64,000 nucleotides of DNA, from the NCBI GenBank assembly GCA_950097015.1, contig CATNEN010000025.1, positions 1,116,001 through 1,180,000 on the forward strand, given 5' to 3'. This stretch comes from Macrostomum hystrix (Eukaryota > Animalia > Platyhelminthes). The position numbers were made by a program, and so were the translations under genes. Positions 37,201 to 51,019 of the stretch are shown piece after piece (the first letter of the stretch is position 1; every line of letters starts with the position of its first letter). Under the pieces are notes generated by a model that saw nothing but the letters and a program-made list of their open reading frames with translations, was not told the origin of the DNA and did no database searches.

Positions 37201-40200
37201 AGGACTCAGGTGAGCGAGTTTAAGAAACAGGCTCTCATATAAATAGTAGCATTTCAGCAATGTGCGCCATCCAGCTACTGTATTATACACCTCATTAAAG
37301 GCGCAAATTGATTCACGTTTATCGAGTTTTCGAAGCGTGAAACATTGAAAGTTTATACAAGGACTATGCTAAGTAAATTGCTTTTATTCTTATTCAGAGG
37401 TGTATGCAGGCTAAGCAGAAGCCTAGCAGAACATGGAGTGACGCTTGAAGACATCGATTCCACTTCTCAAGTATGCATACTCCATCGTGCACATATGGAC
37501 AATGACTTGGTGAGGATTTGCTCAGCAATGACCGCCTGAATTTTGAGCAGGGGTCGGCAAACTCAGGCCCGCGGGCCCGCTCCCGTGTCTCATCTCTCCC
37601 GTGTCTCATCTCTCCCATCTCTCCCGTGTCTCATCTCTCCCGTGTCTCATCTCTTCCGTGTCTCATCTCTCCCGTGTCTCATCTCTCCCGTGTCTCATCT
37701 CTCCCGTGTCTCATCTCTCCCGTGTCTCATCTCTCCCGTGTCTCATCTCTCCCGTGTCTCATCTCTCCCGTGTCTCATCTCTCCCGTGTCTCATCTCTCC
37801 CGTGTCTCATCTCTCCCGTGTCTCATCTCTCCCGTGTCTCATCTCTCCCGTGTCTCATCTCTCCCGTGTCTCATCTCTCCCGTGTCTCATCTCTCCCGTG
37901 TCTCATCTCTCCCGTGTCTCATCTCTCCCGTGTCTCATCTCTCCCGTGTCTCATCTCTCCCGTGTCTCATCTCTCCCGTGTCTCATCCCGTGACCTAGTC
38001 GCAGAGGATGCTGACACAGTTGATGTCGAATCCGTTGAGTCTAGCAACTGCATGGGAGGAGCGAATAAATAGTTAGTGTTTCATCTTTTCTATTCCCATA
38101 AGTTCCCAAACAGTTCGCGCGTGCCTAAAACACACGCAAACAGACACAGTGAGTAAGTGTGAATTTCTGCAAACACAGCTATACTAGATAAGATAAATGA
38201 CTTATTGGCATTGAACAAAGAAGTCATCTTTTGTTATATTGGTACATAAAAAATTTTTGTATCGACAGAAAAAAACCTGTGTGTATCTTGGAGAAACAAC
38301 GAACTCACCTAGAACCCTTGCGCAAAACTCCATCCGTGTAACAAAGTCTCTACAAAAAATTGAATAATGATTAAAGATGTGGCGAATTAACTTTCTGGGG
38401 CTGAAAATTGAAAATAATTTTTTTCCCATATTCCGAATTTGGCCGAAGTCGGCACACGATTGCGCAATTGTCACAGCGGGTCAGCGAGCCAAGAAAGGCA
38501 GAAAAAAGGGCCGAGCTGTTAAAAGATAAGGCTGAAGAAGAAAAATGCTTGGAATTAATAGAACAGGTGCTTCGGATTTGCCTTTTAATGTCTGTCTGGC
38601 TGTCTGGCTGTGTATTAGAGTGTGTGCACGATTTTCAGCGAAAATTTCCTAGACATAAGGTGCAATTGTCAACACGTGTTTTGCGGCTTCGACACAGTGT
38701 GTCAAATTAATAATTGTTGTTAAATCCTGCTGAAAGATTTGGATTATAATGAGGTAGACTTCATGATGATATAGCTTCAGCACTCCATGCCATGCCAGGC
38801 GTATGTAGAGCAAGATATACTCAGAAAGCAGTACCGAACAAGATCACATGAATGAAGCACACAAGTGGGGCCGTTTCAATAACAGTAGCCCATCTGTTGA
38901 CTCGATAGATATAAAGGCCAGTTATATATATTATCTTCTCAGTCGAGGTGTCAGTTAAAATAGGTGATAATTTTTAACACCATACGGTATAACTGTTGGC
39001 CAACTTCAACAATATCTATACTATGAGCATAAATGGGGCTTTTAGATCTAGTAACAGACAGAGTAATAAAGAAAGGGTCAATTGCATCCATATGTTCTTA
39101 AAATTCCCAAATAAATTTTATCTAATTTAGTTTCTGATCCCCAACTGAGGCAGTTGAGACACGCCTTGAGTCGTTCAGTCACAGAATCCTGTCAACCACA
39201 TAGCGACCACAAAAAGACAGAAACACAACAGGATTCTTAAATCACGGAGGTTTTGCCTTCAGGGCACTGTCTTGTACACGTGATGAGGTTGCTATCAAAG
39301 CAATTCCGTTTCTTTTAAAGGCCAATAAAGATTTTTTCAGGCAAAACACTTTTTTAGTTATTTTATTTCGAACTGTGTTCTTTCTATTTTCTACAATGAA
39401 TTTTTTCTTCTGTCTTCTGTGTGTGTCTTCATGACACCTGCATGGTTTGACGGAGCGCATCGATTGCCTTGACAGCAGGCTTAATACAATACGAAACAGT
39501 GGTAGCAATGTTCCCGACATGATGGCTGTAGCACCGAGACCGCAAGTTACCAAGGCCGGGGTTTTTGGGGCAGCAACAGCAGCAGTTGTGACCCGCAGAA
39601 CTGTCTGCAGCTGCCCTGATGTGACTTGAAATTATATGGAGGCACAAGGAGTTTCCACTGGGAAAGAATATAGCAACAAAAACAGACTTAACTTAATCCC
39701 AATTTCATCTTCCTTCATATTGGGTTAGACCTATGTCGCATTTATATTAGCCTAGCTACATGCAGAGTGTTTTCTATTTCTTGTTTTTGTGTCATCATCT
39801 GCTGCCAGTGTGTCAATCTCATAGGACAGCCCCACAGCCAACCACCCCACTGCCTTGCATCTGTTGCATTCCATGCCGCTCGAGACCCATCAGTTGAAAC
39901 AGCGGGAGGCTGCGGTCTCCAAATGCACCTTGGTGACTGCTGGGTGCCACTGCTTTCGCGTTTCTTATATATATTAGCTTCGCCAATTGTCATCAAAGCA
40001 TCAACTGAATGGTTCAGCCTTCTAAAGGGAGACTTGCTGCTGCTGCTGCTGATTGCTCCATAACCTTTTTCTCTCTCGCAAATCAAAATAAAGGACCACT
40101 GAACCGCGAAGAAAGAACAATTGAGGATTACACGGATTAGGATGTGGAATTTTGCTTGAAAGAGATTTAACAAAAAACACAAAACTTTTTACCTATCAAA

Positions 40201-40531
40201 TTGACGGGATGGAAATCCCAAAAAACACAACCCCCCAACGGGTGATGGAGACACTAAAGTGAGAGTGGAGATTCACACTGGGAGCCTGTCATATGGGAGC
40301 CGTCGGGACTGAACTGTTTGCTGTTGGGATATTTCTCCCCGGCCAAAGCGCGTGCCCACCGTGTGAACTAGCATGACGGAAGCTCTATAGATGAGCATAG
40401 ACTCAACTTTATACGGACTATATAGGGGCCCATATAGTTAGAAAAACAACAACTTGAGAATGGAAATCAAGGCTGCGCATATCTCTTATATATTGTCATA
40501 GCAAACGGGTTTCACAAGTGGTCCTGGCAGT

Positions 40532-40575
<44 letters not shown>

Positions 40576-43500
40576 GTCTTTGAACAAGCCAAGCACAGTT
40601 AAAATCTATGCCTTTTCTGTAATATACACAGCGTACCTTTTTGTACGCCAGTGCTATAAGCTAATATGCAAATCAAAATTATTCAGTAATATATTAAAAT
40701 TTATTTAAGCTGAAATTCATATTGAGAACACCGGCTTGTCTTACAGTTACCCTCTCAACTTGCGGCGGCCCTAGACTGTAGTTCCCAATTCCGGTGGTCC
40801 ACCCACCCCAGTCAGCTCTCAGTCAAGTCTGTGCATCCGTGATTGCGCATAATAATTTATCCAAACCCCACATTTTTTTCTGGCAACTCATTCCCTGTCT
40901 TCCTTCCTTCTTTGCGAATCTCCTAGCAACTGTACAGCTCTCTATGCCTCTTTCTACCCTATCGCGCAGGTATGGGCGACGTCTGGTGTCACCACCATCG
41001 ACTGCTCAGCGCCACCTCTAGCCTGGAGAAGGACCTCGGCTCCTACCTGCTGCAGACACTCGATGGCTTCGTGTTTGTCGCCGATCAGCACGGCAAGATA
41101 ATGTACATCTCCGAGACAGCGTCAGTACACCTAGGATTGTCGCAGGTGAGCGAACACAATGGGACCAGATCAGTTCAACTCTTGCGCAAAAAGTTTATGA
41201 GCATTGCCGCAGGATTTTTATTGGAAGAAAATCTTGTAATTGTTTCAAGATTGCGAAACTTAAAGTCATAAAATTTGGTGCTAAAAATTGAATGCAATAA
41301 TAAAAAACTGTTTTGGAGTAGAGAAATGTTAGCTTTTGGCTACAATAATGATGCTCAATGGGGCCCATCCGTTTGAAGCATGAAAGAATGAAGAGGAAGG
41401 CTCTGATTTTTACAGCAGCAAGGAAAAACTGTTCGACTTGGTATAGGCGACAAGCTGGAACGGAAAGCAGACAGGAGGACTCCAGCCACCCGTGCAGACA
41501 GATTCAATTGCTGAAGCTTCCTTCCTATAATTTGCCCCTAAAAGCTGACAAATGCACGTCATGCAATAAAATAGCAGTTTAGAAAATCAAACAAGACAAA
41601 TGTGACTTTATCATCAACAGGTTGAGCTAACGGGCAACTGCATCTACGAGTACATCCATCCGATGGACCACGACGAGATGGCCGCCCTGCTGTCGCCGCC
41701 AGCGGTTGTACACCCGGCTCAGATAATGCAAGGTGAGTATTTGAGAAGACGATGGTTTGCGAGGCTGTAGGTCGGAAATAGGAAAACGTAAAAAGACACT
41801 TGAGTCTGGTCATGAGTCTAGTCCGAATTTGAGTCCAGAAAAATCTGAAAAATGCTGGAATTGTTCTGAATCCCAACGACTATTTGTATCGATTTAGTTT
41901 TTTTTAACGAAAACATACAAAAAAAACGAAAATTTTTATGGGAGAAATGTGTTCTTCGAAAATGATAATTTCTCAAGTCTAAACCGGAATTTTAAGTTGT
42001 CGCAGTATCCGCGCATTAACAATTTCCACTGCTCAAAGCTTTGATTAATTTATGAAGGCTGAGTAATTTCAAGATGAGAAGCTCGCTTATGCTTTTTTCC
42101 GAGATAAGACGCCAGGGATTAAGTGGGAGCAGTTCTGGAAAGCCTGTTTAAACAAGGGGTAACTGGGGAGCGAGAAGCAGAAGCAGCAGCGGCGGCTGGG
42201 GCGTGCCGAATTGTCTGTAAAATTCTCGCTCAGTTAGGGCGAAATTAGCCAAATCCACTGGGCGACAGATTCGATCGATGTCAGCAATTTCTAACAAACA
42301 AAAAAAGAGAACATTTTCCAAGAAATCTCTGCTCCGCCCACATATTTTTGCGAGTGTTTTGTAACAAGGGTTCGTGTCTTTGTACAGAATTAGCAGCTGC
42401 ATGGCTAAGCATTCAATGCGATCTGATAAATAGCTGATTATTCTGGAAAGAGTATTTGCCCAAAAATGCTGATTAAAATTAAACAATGGAATTCGGAATG
42501 CTACGCTCGTATCATGCTATCACCAACTTCGACACGATTTTATGAACACTTTAAGACAACACAGCCCTTGGCAATGGACTGCATGCGGAGGCACTAAGAG
42601 AGATTCTGGTTTTCTCGTTAGCGAGTTGACCACTTGATTTTTATTTTTAAAAACAAAGTCGAATCAAGCAGGGGCCGCCAACAATGTTCCTCCAGTGAAC
42701 AAAGCGGCTACTGAGGAGACGGTCACGCTTCGCCATCCATCAAATTGGTTTGTTAAAAAATGCCGACCGCTGGCGAGCTATAATATTCGTGTTCTCGATG
42801 GAATGATGGAGACTGCAGGGTTGCGTAATCTGACACCAACAGCGGCGGAGGCAAAAGCCGGGCGCGTAAATGTTTGCAAACTGCCCCGCCACGATCGCTA
42901 ATGAAATGCTTAATCAAATGGGATTTTTCCTTTAGGGATTTTTTTCAGTCAATTATAGAGACTGCATCCCCGCTTCGAATCCGTCCCTCGCAGAATACGA
43001 ACTCGAGCGACAGTTCTTCATCCGCATGAAGTGCGTCTTGGCAAAGCGCAACGCGGGCCTCACTAACGGCGGCTACAAGGTCATCCATTGCAGCGGCTAT
43101 CTGAAGGTCAAACCGCTGCCTGCCGAGAGCCCATACGAAGCCCCCAGCCAGCACGTCAGCCTGGTGGCCGTGGGACACTCCCTGCCGCCGTCTGCGGCCA
43201 CCGAGATCAAGATGTTCAGCAATGTCTTCATGTTCAGGGCCTCGCTAGATCTCAAGCTCATGTTTTTGGATGCCAAGTGAGTGAAAATGCCTACTCTAGA
43301 TATCACCTCTCTACCTTCTCCTCACATCTAATGACCCTGTTCCCTTCATCTCACACCTTCTCAATCCTGTTCCCTTCATCTCACATCTCCTCAATCCTGT
43401 TCCCTTCATCTCACACCTTCTTAATCCTGTTCCCTTCATCTCACACCTTCTCAATCCTGTTCCCCTCATCTCACACCTTCTCAATCCTGTTCCCTTCATC

Positions 43501-46500
43501 TCACATCTCCTCAATCCTGTTCCCCTCATCTCACACCTTCTCAATCCTGTTCCCTTCATCTCACACCTAGCTGTGCACTGCACTTCAGAAAGCTCTAACA
43601 AGCAGTCTTTCTAAGAAGAAGTTACACAGCTTTTGAAATCCCTATTTCTTTTGTATGGCTTCAAAATAGACTCAATATTTTATAGAGAAGCAACAGCAGC
43701 AGCAGCAGCAGCATGAGCAGCAGTGGCGGCAGTTCTGAACTAAAATCAAACACACAAAAAAGCAAACACTGCCATTGCTGTTATCTCGCTATAGACAGCT
43801 ATTTTTTTTGCTCAGAAAAAATCCTTTTGCCAAGATTAGCACGCGCCGCTGAGCCCATAGCTTACATACATACTTATGTATTTAGGTAATCCAGCATTTA
43901 CCCAAGGCGTGAAGTTAGTCACTTTTTATTTATCCCCTTATTAGATAAGGTAAGCAGCTGTGATCTTTGCCTCGGCTTTAACTAAACAAATGGCTAAATT
44001 GCTGAATTTCCGCAGAGTCAAGGAGCTCACCAGCTACGAGCCGCAGGACCTGATTGAGAAGACTCTGTATCACTATGTGCACGCAACCGATCTGCTGCAT
44101 ATGCGCTATTCCCACTATGTGTGTAAGTACCAGCCCCGGCTTACAGATAAGCCTACGAGCTATTTCAGTTGCTGCTTTTTGGGTGCGAAAAACTCCCACG
44201 ATTAAAGAAAATCACTGGCACAGATCACTGCCCCGAATGTTGCCTAACAGATTAGATTAGAAAGCTGATTGTCTAACAGGTTAGAACTGGTTGTCCAACA
44301 GGTTAGAACTGGTTGTCTAACAGGTTAGAACTGGTTGTCCAACAGGTTAGAACTGGTTGTCTAACAGGTTAGAACTGGTTGTCTAACAGGTTAGAACTGG
44401 TTGTCCAACAGGTTAGAACTGGTTGTCTAACAGGTTAGAACTGGTTGTCTAACAGGTTAGAACTAGTTGTCTAACAGGTTAGAACTAGTTGTCTAACAGG
44501 TTAGAACTGGTTGTCCAACAGGTTAGAACTGGTTGTCTAACAGGTTAGAACTGGTTGTCTAACAGGTTAGAACTGGTTGTCCAACAGGTTAGAACTAGTT
44601 GTCTAACAGGTTAGAACTAGTTGTCTAACAGGTTAGAACTGGTTGTCTAACAGGTTAGAACTAGTTGTCTAATAGGTTAGAACTAGTTGTCCAACAGGTT
44701 AGAACTGGTTGTCTAACAGGTTAGAACTAGTTGTCTAATAGGTTATAAACCAGTTGTCTAACAGGTTATAAACCAGTTCTCTAACAGGTTATAAACCAGT
44801 TCTCTAACAGGTTATAAACCAGTTGTCTAACAGGTTATAAACCAGTTGTCTAACAGGTTATAAACCAGTTCTCTAACAGGTTATAAACCAGTTCTCTAAC
44901 AGGTTATAAACCAGTTCTCTAACCGGTTATAAACCAGTTCTCTAACCGGTTATAAACCAGTTGTCTAACAGTTTATAAACTAGTTGTCTAACAGGTTATA
45001 AACCAGTTGTCTAATAGGTTATAAACCAGTTGTCTAACAGGTTATAAACCATCTAACGGGTTAGAGGCCACAAAACGAATGTTATGGGAAAAAATATCTG
45101 ACTTCAACAGATTCTCCTCAATTTTTCTCAAATTCCAGTATTGAGCAAAGGTCAGGTGACCACCAAATACTATCGATTGTTAACAAAGAGCGGCGGATGG
45201 GTGTGGCTACAGAGCTACATGACCATTGTGCACAACACCAGGTCGTCAAGGCCGCACTGCATTGTCAGCGTCAACTATGTGCTATCGTGAGTATCTAGCA
45301 ATGTCTATGTTAATGAATTCATGAAAATGAAACTACTAGATGAATGGGATGGCTGGGATGGATCGGATGGATTGGATGGATGGGATGGGATAAATGGGAT
45401 AGATGGGATGGATGGGATGGATAGGATGGATAGGATAGATGGGATGGGATAAATGGGATAGATGGGATGGATGGGATGGATGGGATGGATAGGATAGATG
45501 CGATGGATAGGCTGGATGGGATGGATAGGCTGGATGGAATGGATGGGATGGATGGGATGGATGGGATGGATGGGATGGATGGGATGGATAGGATAGATGC
45601 GATGGATAGGCTGGATGGGATGGATAGGCTGGATGGAATGGATGGGATGGATGGGATGGATAGGCTGGATGGAATGAATGGGATGGATGGGATGGATGGG
45701 TTGGATAGGATAGATGGTATGGATATGCTGGATGGGATGGAGAGGCCGGATGGAATGGATGGGATGGATGGGATGGATGGGATGGATAGGATAGATGGGA
45801 TGGATGGGATGGATAGGCTGGATGGGATGTATGGGATGGATGGGATAGATGGGATGGATAGGCTGGATGGGATGTAGGATGTATGGGATGGATGGGATGG
45901 ATGGGATGGATAGGATAGGTGGGATGGGATAGATGGGATGGAATGGATGGGATGGATGGGATGGAATGGATGGGATGGATGGGATAGATGGGATAGATGG
46001 GATGGGATGGATGGGATGGATGTGATGGATGGATGGATAGGATAGGTGGGATGGGATAGATGGGATGGAATGGATGGGATGGATGGGACGGATAGGATAG
46101 ATGGGATGGGATAGATGGGATAGATGGGATGGGATGGATGGGATGGATGTGATGGATGGATGGCTCATGGATCCTGAGAACAATCAACCACCTCCCGACC
46201 CCGAACAAAATATCAGGGACCTGGAGCACCAGTCACTGCAGCTTCAAGCCGACCTGCCATCAGCGGCCTTGCAGCCGCATCATTCGATACCGTCGGTAAG
46301 TTCGCAGAGCTCAGTCAGCGGCGGCAAGGAGCCGCAAGAGTCCGTGCTGGCCAGCACGCCGCGTTCTGGAGCCTACGGCTCAGAGTCAGCGACAGCGGCA
46401 GCATCCGGCAGCGCAGAGACGGTGGCGCCAGTGAAGGCGGCCCAGGCTGCTGCCAGCGGACGCGGAGGTGGCAAAGTCCGCGGCGGCGCTTCAAAGGCGG

Positions 46501-47780
46501 CCGCGGCTGCGGCAAGGCGACGGGCCTCGCCCTACGTGACTCCGACAACGACGGCGTCAACCTTGGTCTCGTCGAGTTCAGCGGCGGCCCCAATCACCCC
46601 AGTGGTTGCCGCGGTACCGAACGCGGAGGCGACGCCCCAGCCGCAGCAGCAGCCGCTGATGCCGATGGAAGCAATGGCAGTCGCTTCTTCACCGCTGCTG
46701 TCGCCGGGACAGTTCTACGGCGGTGGCGGCGCTGCTTTCGGATGTCATCCACAGCATCCACAGCAGCATCAGCAGCAGCACCACTTGCAGCAGCAGCAGC
46801 AGCAGCAGCAGCAGTCCTCCTACCTGGGCTATTATGCCGGAATTTCGGACGACTCAACAGCAGCCTACGCCGACCCGGCTGCCCAATACGGAGGAACGAT
46901 GCTGAAGCAGCCGCAGCATCACCAGACCTATTATCAGCCGACGCCTGTTGGTAGCTACAGCATTGCTCACAATCAGCATCAGCAGCAGCAGCTACCGATG
47001 CCGCATCATCTCAGTGCTCAAATCGGAAGCTACGAGCAGTTGCATCATAGTCATCCTAATCAAGTTCATCCGCATAATCATCATCACCATCATCATCAGC
47101 AGCAGCACTACACTGCCTCAGACTACAGCCCGCATCCATCGAGTGGTGCTAGCACCGCTTCATCGGCTTCTTCAGCGTCGCCTCAGCATCAGCAGCAGCA
47201 GCAGCAGCAGCATCTGCTGCACCTGCAATCGGCTGCCTATCCAGCTGACTACACAGGCCAGGACAGCAATGCCAACATGCTGGCAGCGAAGCGGCTAACC
47301 GCTGGATCCCCAGCCGTCCTGACCGCATCGAAGTGTGTCAGTCCCATGACCGGCTGCGTCATGCCCTCAGAGCCCGTCAGTCCCATTGGTTACCATGGTT
47401 ACTCCGCTGGCGTCTACGACTACCAGGTGGCCAGCGGAGACGCTCTAGGTCGAGAGTTCGCGCCCTATAGTCAGCATCATTCCCATCACCAACAGCACCA
47501 GCTGCATCACCATTCTCAGCAGCAGCATCATCAACATAGTTTTTCAAATCCTCATCAGCACTATCAGCAGTCAACGGCCGCTGCGGCGGCAGCAGCGGCG
47601 GCAGCGGCAGCAGCTGCGGCCACTACAATGTCCGCCGGAGTCGGGCAGCACGCGTACAAGGACCTGTCCCTGCCAACCAGCGTGATTGTGGATCCGCACA
47701 AATACCATCACAGTCACCACCATCACCAGCATCAGCATCATGTACAGCCGGTGCCAGCTGCTAATGGCTACGTGCACTGA
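34287..47780 (+). CDS. sim: Single-minded (SIM) bHLH-PAS transcription factor, ~854 aa
   Basis: Exons 34287-34461, 40970-41145, 41621-41732, 42994-43276, 44016-44122, 45139-45286, 46217-47780, all GT-AG and phase-compatible (2565 nt). N-terminus [20 protein letters not shown] is diagnostic of SIM; [12 protein letters not shown]...[14 protein letters not shown]; [19 protein letters not shown]; [18 protein letters not shown]; long Q/H/A/S-rich tail. Confidence 0.96.
34516..34900. repeat. 32-34-bp minisatellite in sim intron 1
   Basis: Unit TGCTGGAATCTTCCGCTCCCCCTCACTGCAGT; starts ~55 bp after the donor. Confidence 0.93.
37548..37993 (+). mobile_element. Truncated hAT-type MITE (left TIR) followed by a 16-bp array
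   Basis: CAGGGGTCGGCAAACTCAGGCCCGCGGGCC is a typical hAT MITE terminus; followed by ~26 copies of CCCGTGTCTCATCTCT; no right TIR nearby. Confidence 0.7.
40533..40571. repeat. (GT)n microsatellite
   Basis: Run of ~19 GT units. Confidence 0.95.
43320..43566. repeat. 30-bp minisatellite in sim intron 4
   Basis: Unit TCAATCCTGTTCCCTTCATCTCACACCTTC. Confidence 0.93.
44255..45062. repeat. 22/23-bp minisatellite in sim intron 5
   Basis: AACAGGTTAGAACTGGTTGTCT (22 bp) grading into AACAGGTTATAAACCAGTTGTCT (23 bp). Confidence 0.95.
45340..46165. repeat. GGAT/GGGAT (9-bp) simple repeat in sim intron 6
   Basis: GGGATGGAT iterations; source of the GMD and HPI ORFs. Confidence 0.95.
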
Positions 47781-48584
47781 GTTGAGCAGATGCGCACTCA
47801 AATGCACACTACTGTCGATATTCTGCTGTAAATACAAACACCTGTCTGATCCTCGTGTAAAAAATGAATCAAATAACTAACTGAAACAAATCCCAATGAT
47901 TAGCCTACCAATTCTCAAAGGAGAATGTATTATACTATATATTGCAAATGTAAGTAACTGGATATGCGGCGCCTCAAACTCACCCGGATATTTTCATGTT
48001 TCTCATGGCCTCTATCAAGTTAAGTTGACTGTCTCTTTTTCTTATTTAGCTGTAATTTCATTTACAGCCTGCGTGTTGACCAATTCAGATGTAACCTTAT
48101 ATTAATATTGCTGTGCTATTATCTTGTGTTAAATGATTATTGTAAGAACTACTTGTCTCTTCTTGTTCTGCACTTTACTATAAATGTTGTTGCGATTCTG
48201 TCCTCTTCCGCTTTTGTGAGTTGTACTTTTAGCTTTAATTAGTTTTGTCCGTTTTGAGTGAATTAAAAATAAACAAAATAAATCTACGAGAATACGCTCG
48301 GGAACTTCTGTATTTTCAAAGTGCAAAGTGTATTCTCTGCTTGCCTTTTGGTTCAATGTTGTGTCAAGTTAACAAATGCACATAATCTTTTAAATCTTCT
48401 TTCTTTTTGGGGTGTCGTGACGAACAAGTATATTTCAAAATGCAACAATAATTAGGGAACCTAAATGAAATTTACTGACTATCGTGCGGGTCTCCAAATA
48501 CTGTTTGTCTGTTCAGTTGGTGGACGTCACTCAAAACTAAAAAAACTTGACCTATCCAGTAAAAAGACTACGAGTAGATCTATC

Positions 48585-50100
48585 CCTTCAAATAGGCAAG
48601 ATCTATCCCGTCAACTAGACTAGATCAATCCCGTCAACTAGACTAGATCTATCCCATCAAATAGACTAGATCTATCCCATCAAATAGACTAGATCTATCC
48701 CGTCAACTAGACTAGATCTATCCCGTCAACTAGACTAGATCTATCCCATCAAATAGACTAGATCTATCCCATCATATAGACTAGATCTATCCCATCATAT
48801 AGACTAGATCTATCCCGTCAACTAGACTAGATCTATCCCGTCAACTAGACTAGATCTATCCCATCATATAGACTAGATCTATCCCGTCAACTAGACTAGA
48901 TCTATCCCATCATATAGACTAGATCTATCCCATCAAATAGACTAGATCTATCCCATCATATAGACTAGATCTATCCCATCAAATAGACTAGATCTATCCC
49001 ATCATATAGACTAGATCTATCCCATCATATAGACTAGATCTATCCCGTCAACTAGACTAGATCTATCCCGTCAACTAGACTAGATCTATCCCATCATATA
49101 GACTAGATCTATCCCGTCAACTAGACTAGATCTATCCCATCAAATAGACTAGATCTATCCCGTCAACTAGACTAGATCTATCCCATCATATAGACTAGAT
49201 CTATCCCGTCAACTAGACTAGATCTATCCCATCAAATAGACTAGATCTATCCCTTCAAATAGGCAAGATCTATCCCGTCAACTAGACTAGATCTATCCTA
49301 TCATATAGACTAGATCTATCCCATCATAAAGACTAGATCTATCCCATCATAAAGACTAGATCTATCCCTTCAAATAGGCAAGATCTATCCCGTCAACTAG
49401 ACTAGATCTATCCCATCAAATAGACTAGATCTATCCCATCAACTAGACTAGATCTATCCCATCATAAAGACTAGATCTATCCCATCATAAAGACTAGATC
49501 TATCCCTTCAAATAGGCAAGATCTATCCCGTCAACTAGACTAGATCTATCCCATCAAATAGACTAGATCTATCCCATCAAATAGACTAGATCTATCCCGT
49601 CAACTAGACTAGATCTATCCCATCATATAGACTAGATCTATCCCGTCATATAGACTAGATCTATCCCGTCAACTAGACTAGATCTATCCCATCAAATAGA
49701 CTAGATCTATCCCATCAAATAGACTAGATCTATCCCATCAACTAGACTAGATCTATCCCATCATAGACTAGATCAATCCCGTCAACTAGACTAGATCTAT
49801 CCCATCAAATAGACTAGATCTATCCCATCAAATAGACTAGATCTATCCCATCAAATAGACTAGATCTATCCCGTCAACTAGACTAGATCTATCCCATCAA
49901 ATAGACTAGATCTATCCCGTCAACTAGACTAGATCTATCCCATCAAATAGACTAGATCTATCGAATCAAATAGACTAGATCTATCCCATCATATAGACTA
50001 GATCTATCGAATCAAATAGACTAGATCTATCCCATCAAATAGACTAGATCTATCCCGCCACATAGATTGGATCTATTCAGTAAATTAGATTACACCTCAA
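48585..50100. repeat. 23-bp minisatellite
   Basis: Unit AGACTAGATCTATCCCATCAAAT (variants CCCGTCAACT, CCCATCATAT). Confidence 0.96.
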
Positions 50101-51019
50101 ATATAAAATATAAATTAGATGGATACAATCTATTTGACTGGATAGATCTAGATCAAATGTGTCTGGAAAGAATCTAGCCATGGTATAGACTTGTCTGTTT
50201 AGACAAGTTTAATTTCAAATTTATTATAAAACAGGGACAATTAAAAAAACTTCAAAGGTTAAAAGGACAACCTGGATTAGGCCATTGCTGCGACAAATTT
50301 AAGAAGAAGACAGAAAAGGGACAGAAAAGGAATTTAATCACAGCTGCACAAACCTGCCTTATACCGCGAGGAAGGCACAGCAACACCTCATATAGGCATA
50401 CGCATTTCGCAGCTTATGAGGAGACACCCACAAAACGAATCGGTAACAGGGGAGCGGGCTTTATCCCAATTCGGAGCAGATAAGACACGCCCCAACAGTT
50501 TGGTGGGTGGGGTGGGAGGGTTGCAAAGGTGCCGAGGATGTTTACAAAGACGGACCGCCCGCAAGACTGCTCTCTGTTAATCTCCCTCTCTGGTATAATC
50601 TTTCTTCTCTGCATGCTGGTGGATATTTTTTCGTCACCGTAATAAAACTCTAAAAATGGTTTAATCGAAAATGATTATCATGTGTGCCTAACTCTCAATC
50701 TGTGTGTCCCATACGCTATCAAAGGTGTCGATTCGTCAAAAAAGATCTCAGGATATGATCGTGTCACCAGGGGTGCTAGTGGCGGACAGAATGATCAACA
50801 GAGACTTAGGTGTCCGTAACTGACCGAGCGCATTTCTCGATTTGCACTAAATGACTGCTCTATCTTAGCTATTTGCTTTGCAAAAGATAAAATATTGAAT
50901 TAATATGGGGATTAGCGCGGGCAAAAGGATTAGCAAAAACAAAAACAATCACTCTTCAAGGACGTTTTGGAGGCTATCATGCTCTTAACTATCAATTAAG
51001 GAATTAAAGGACAAGAAGA

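Noticed and set aside
45305-46216. GMD/HPI ORFs and the apparent N-terminal extension of ORF 46101-47780
   Set aside because: GGAT repeat in sim intron 6; the real last exon starts at acceptor ATATCAG (46216), giving [10 protein letters not shown], homologous to SIM T-DTEYKGLQL.
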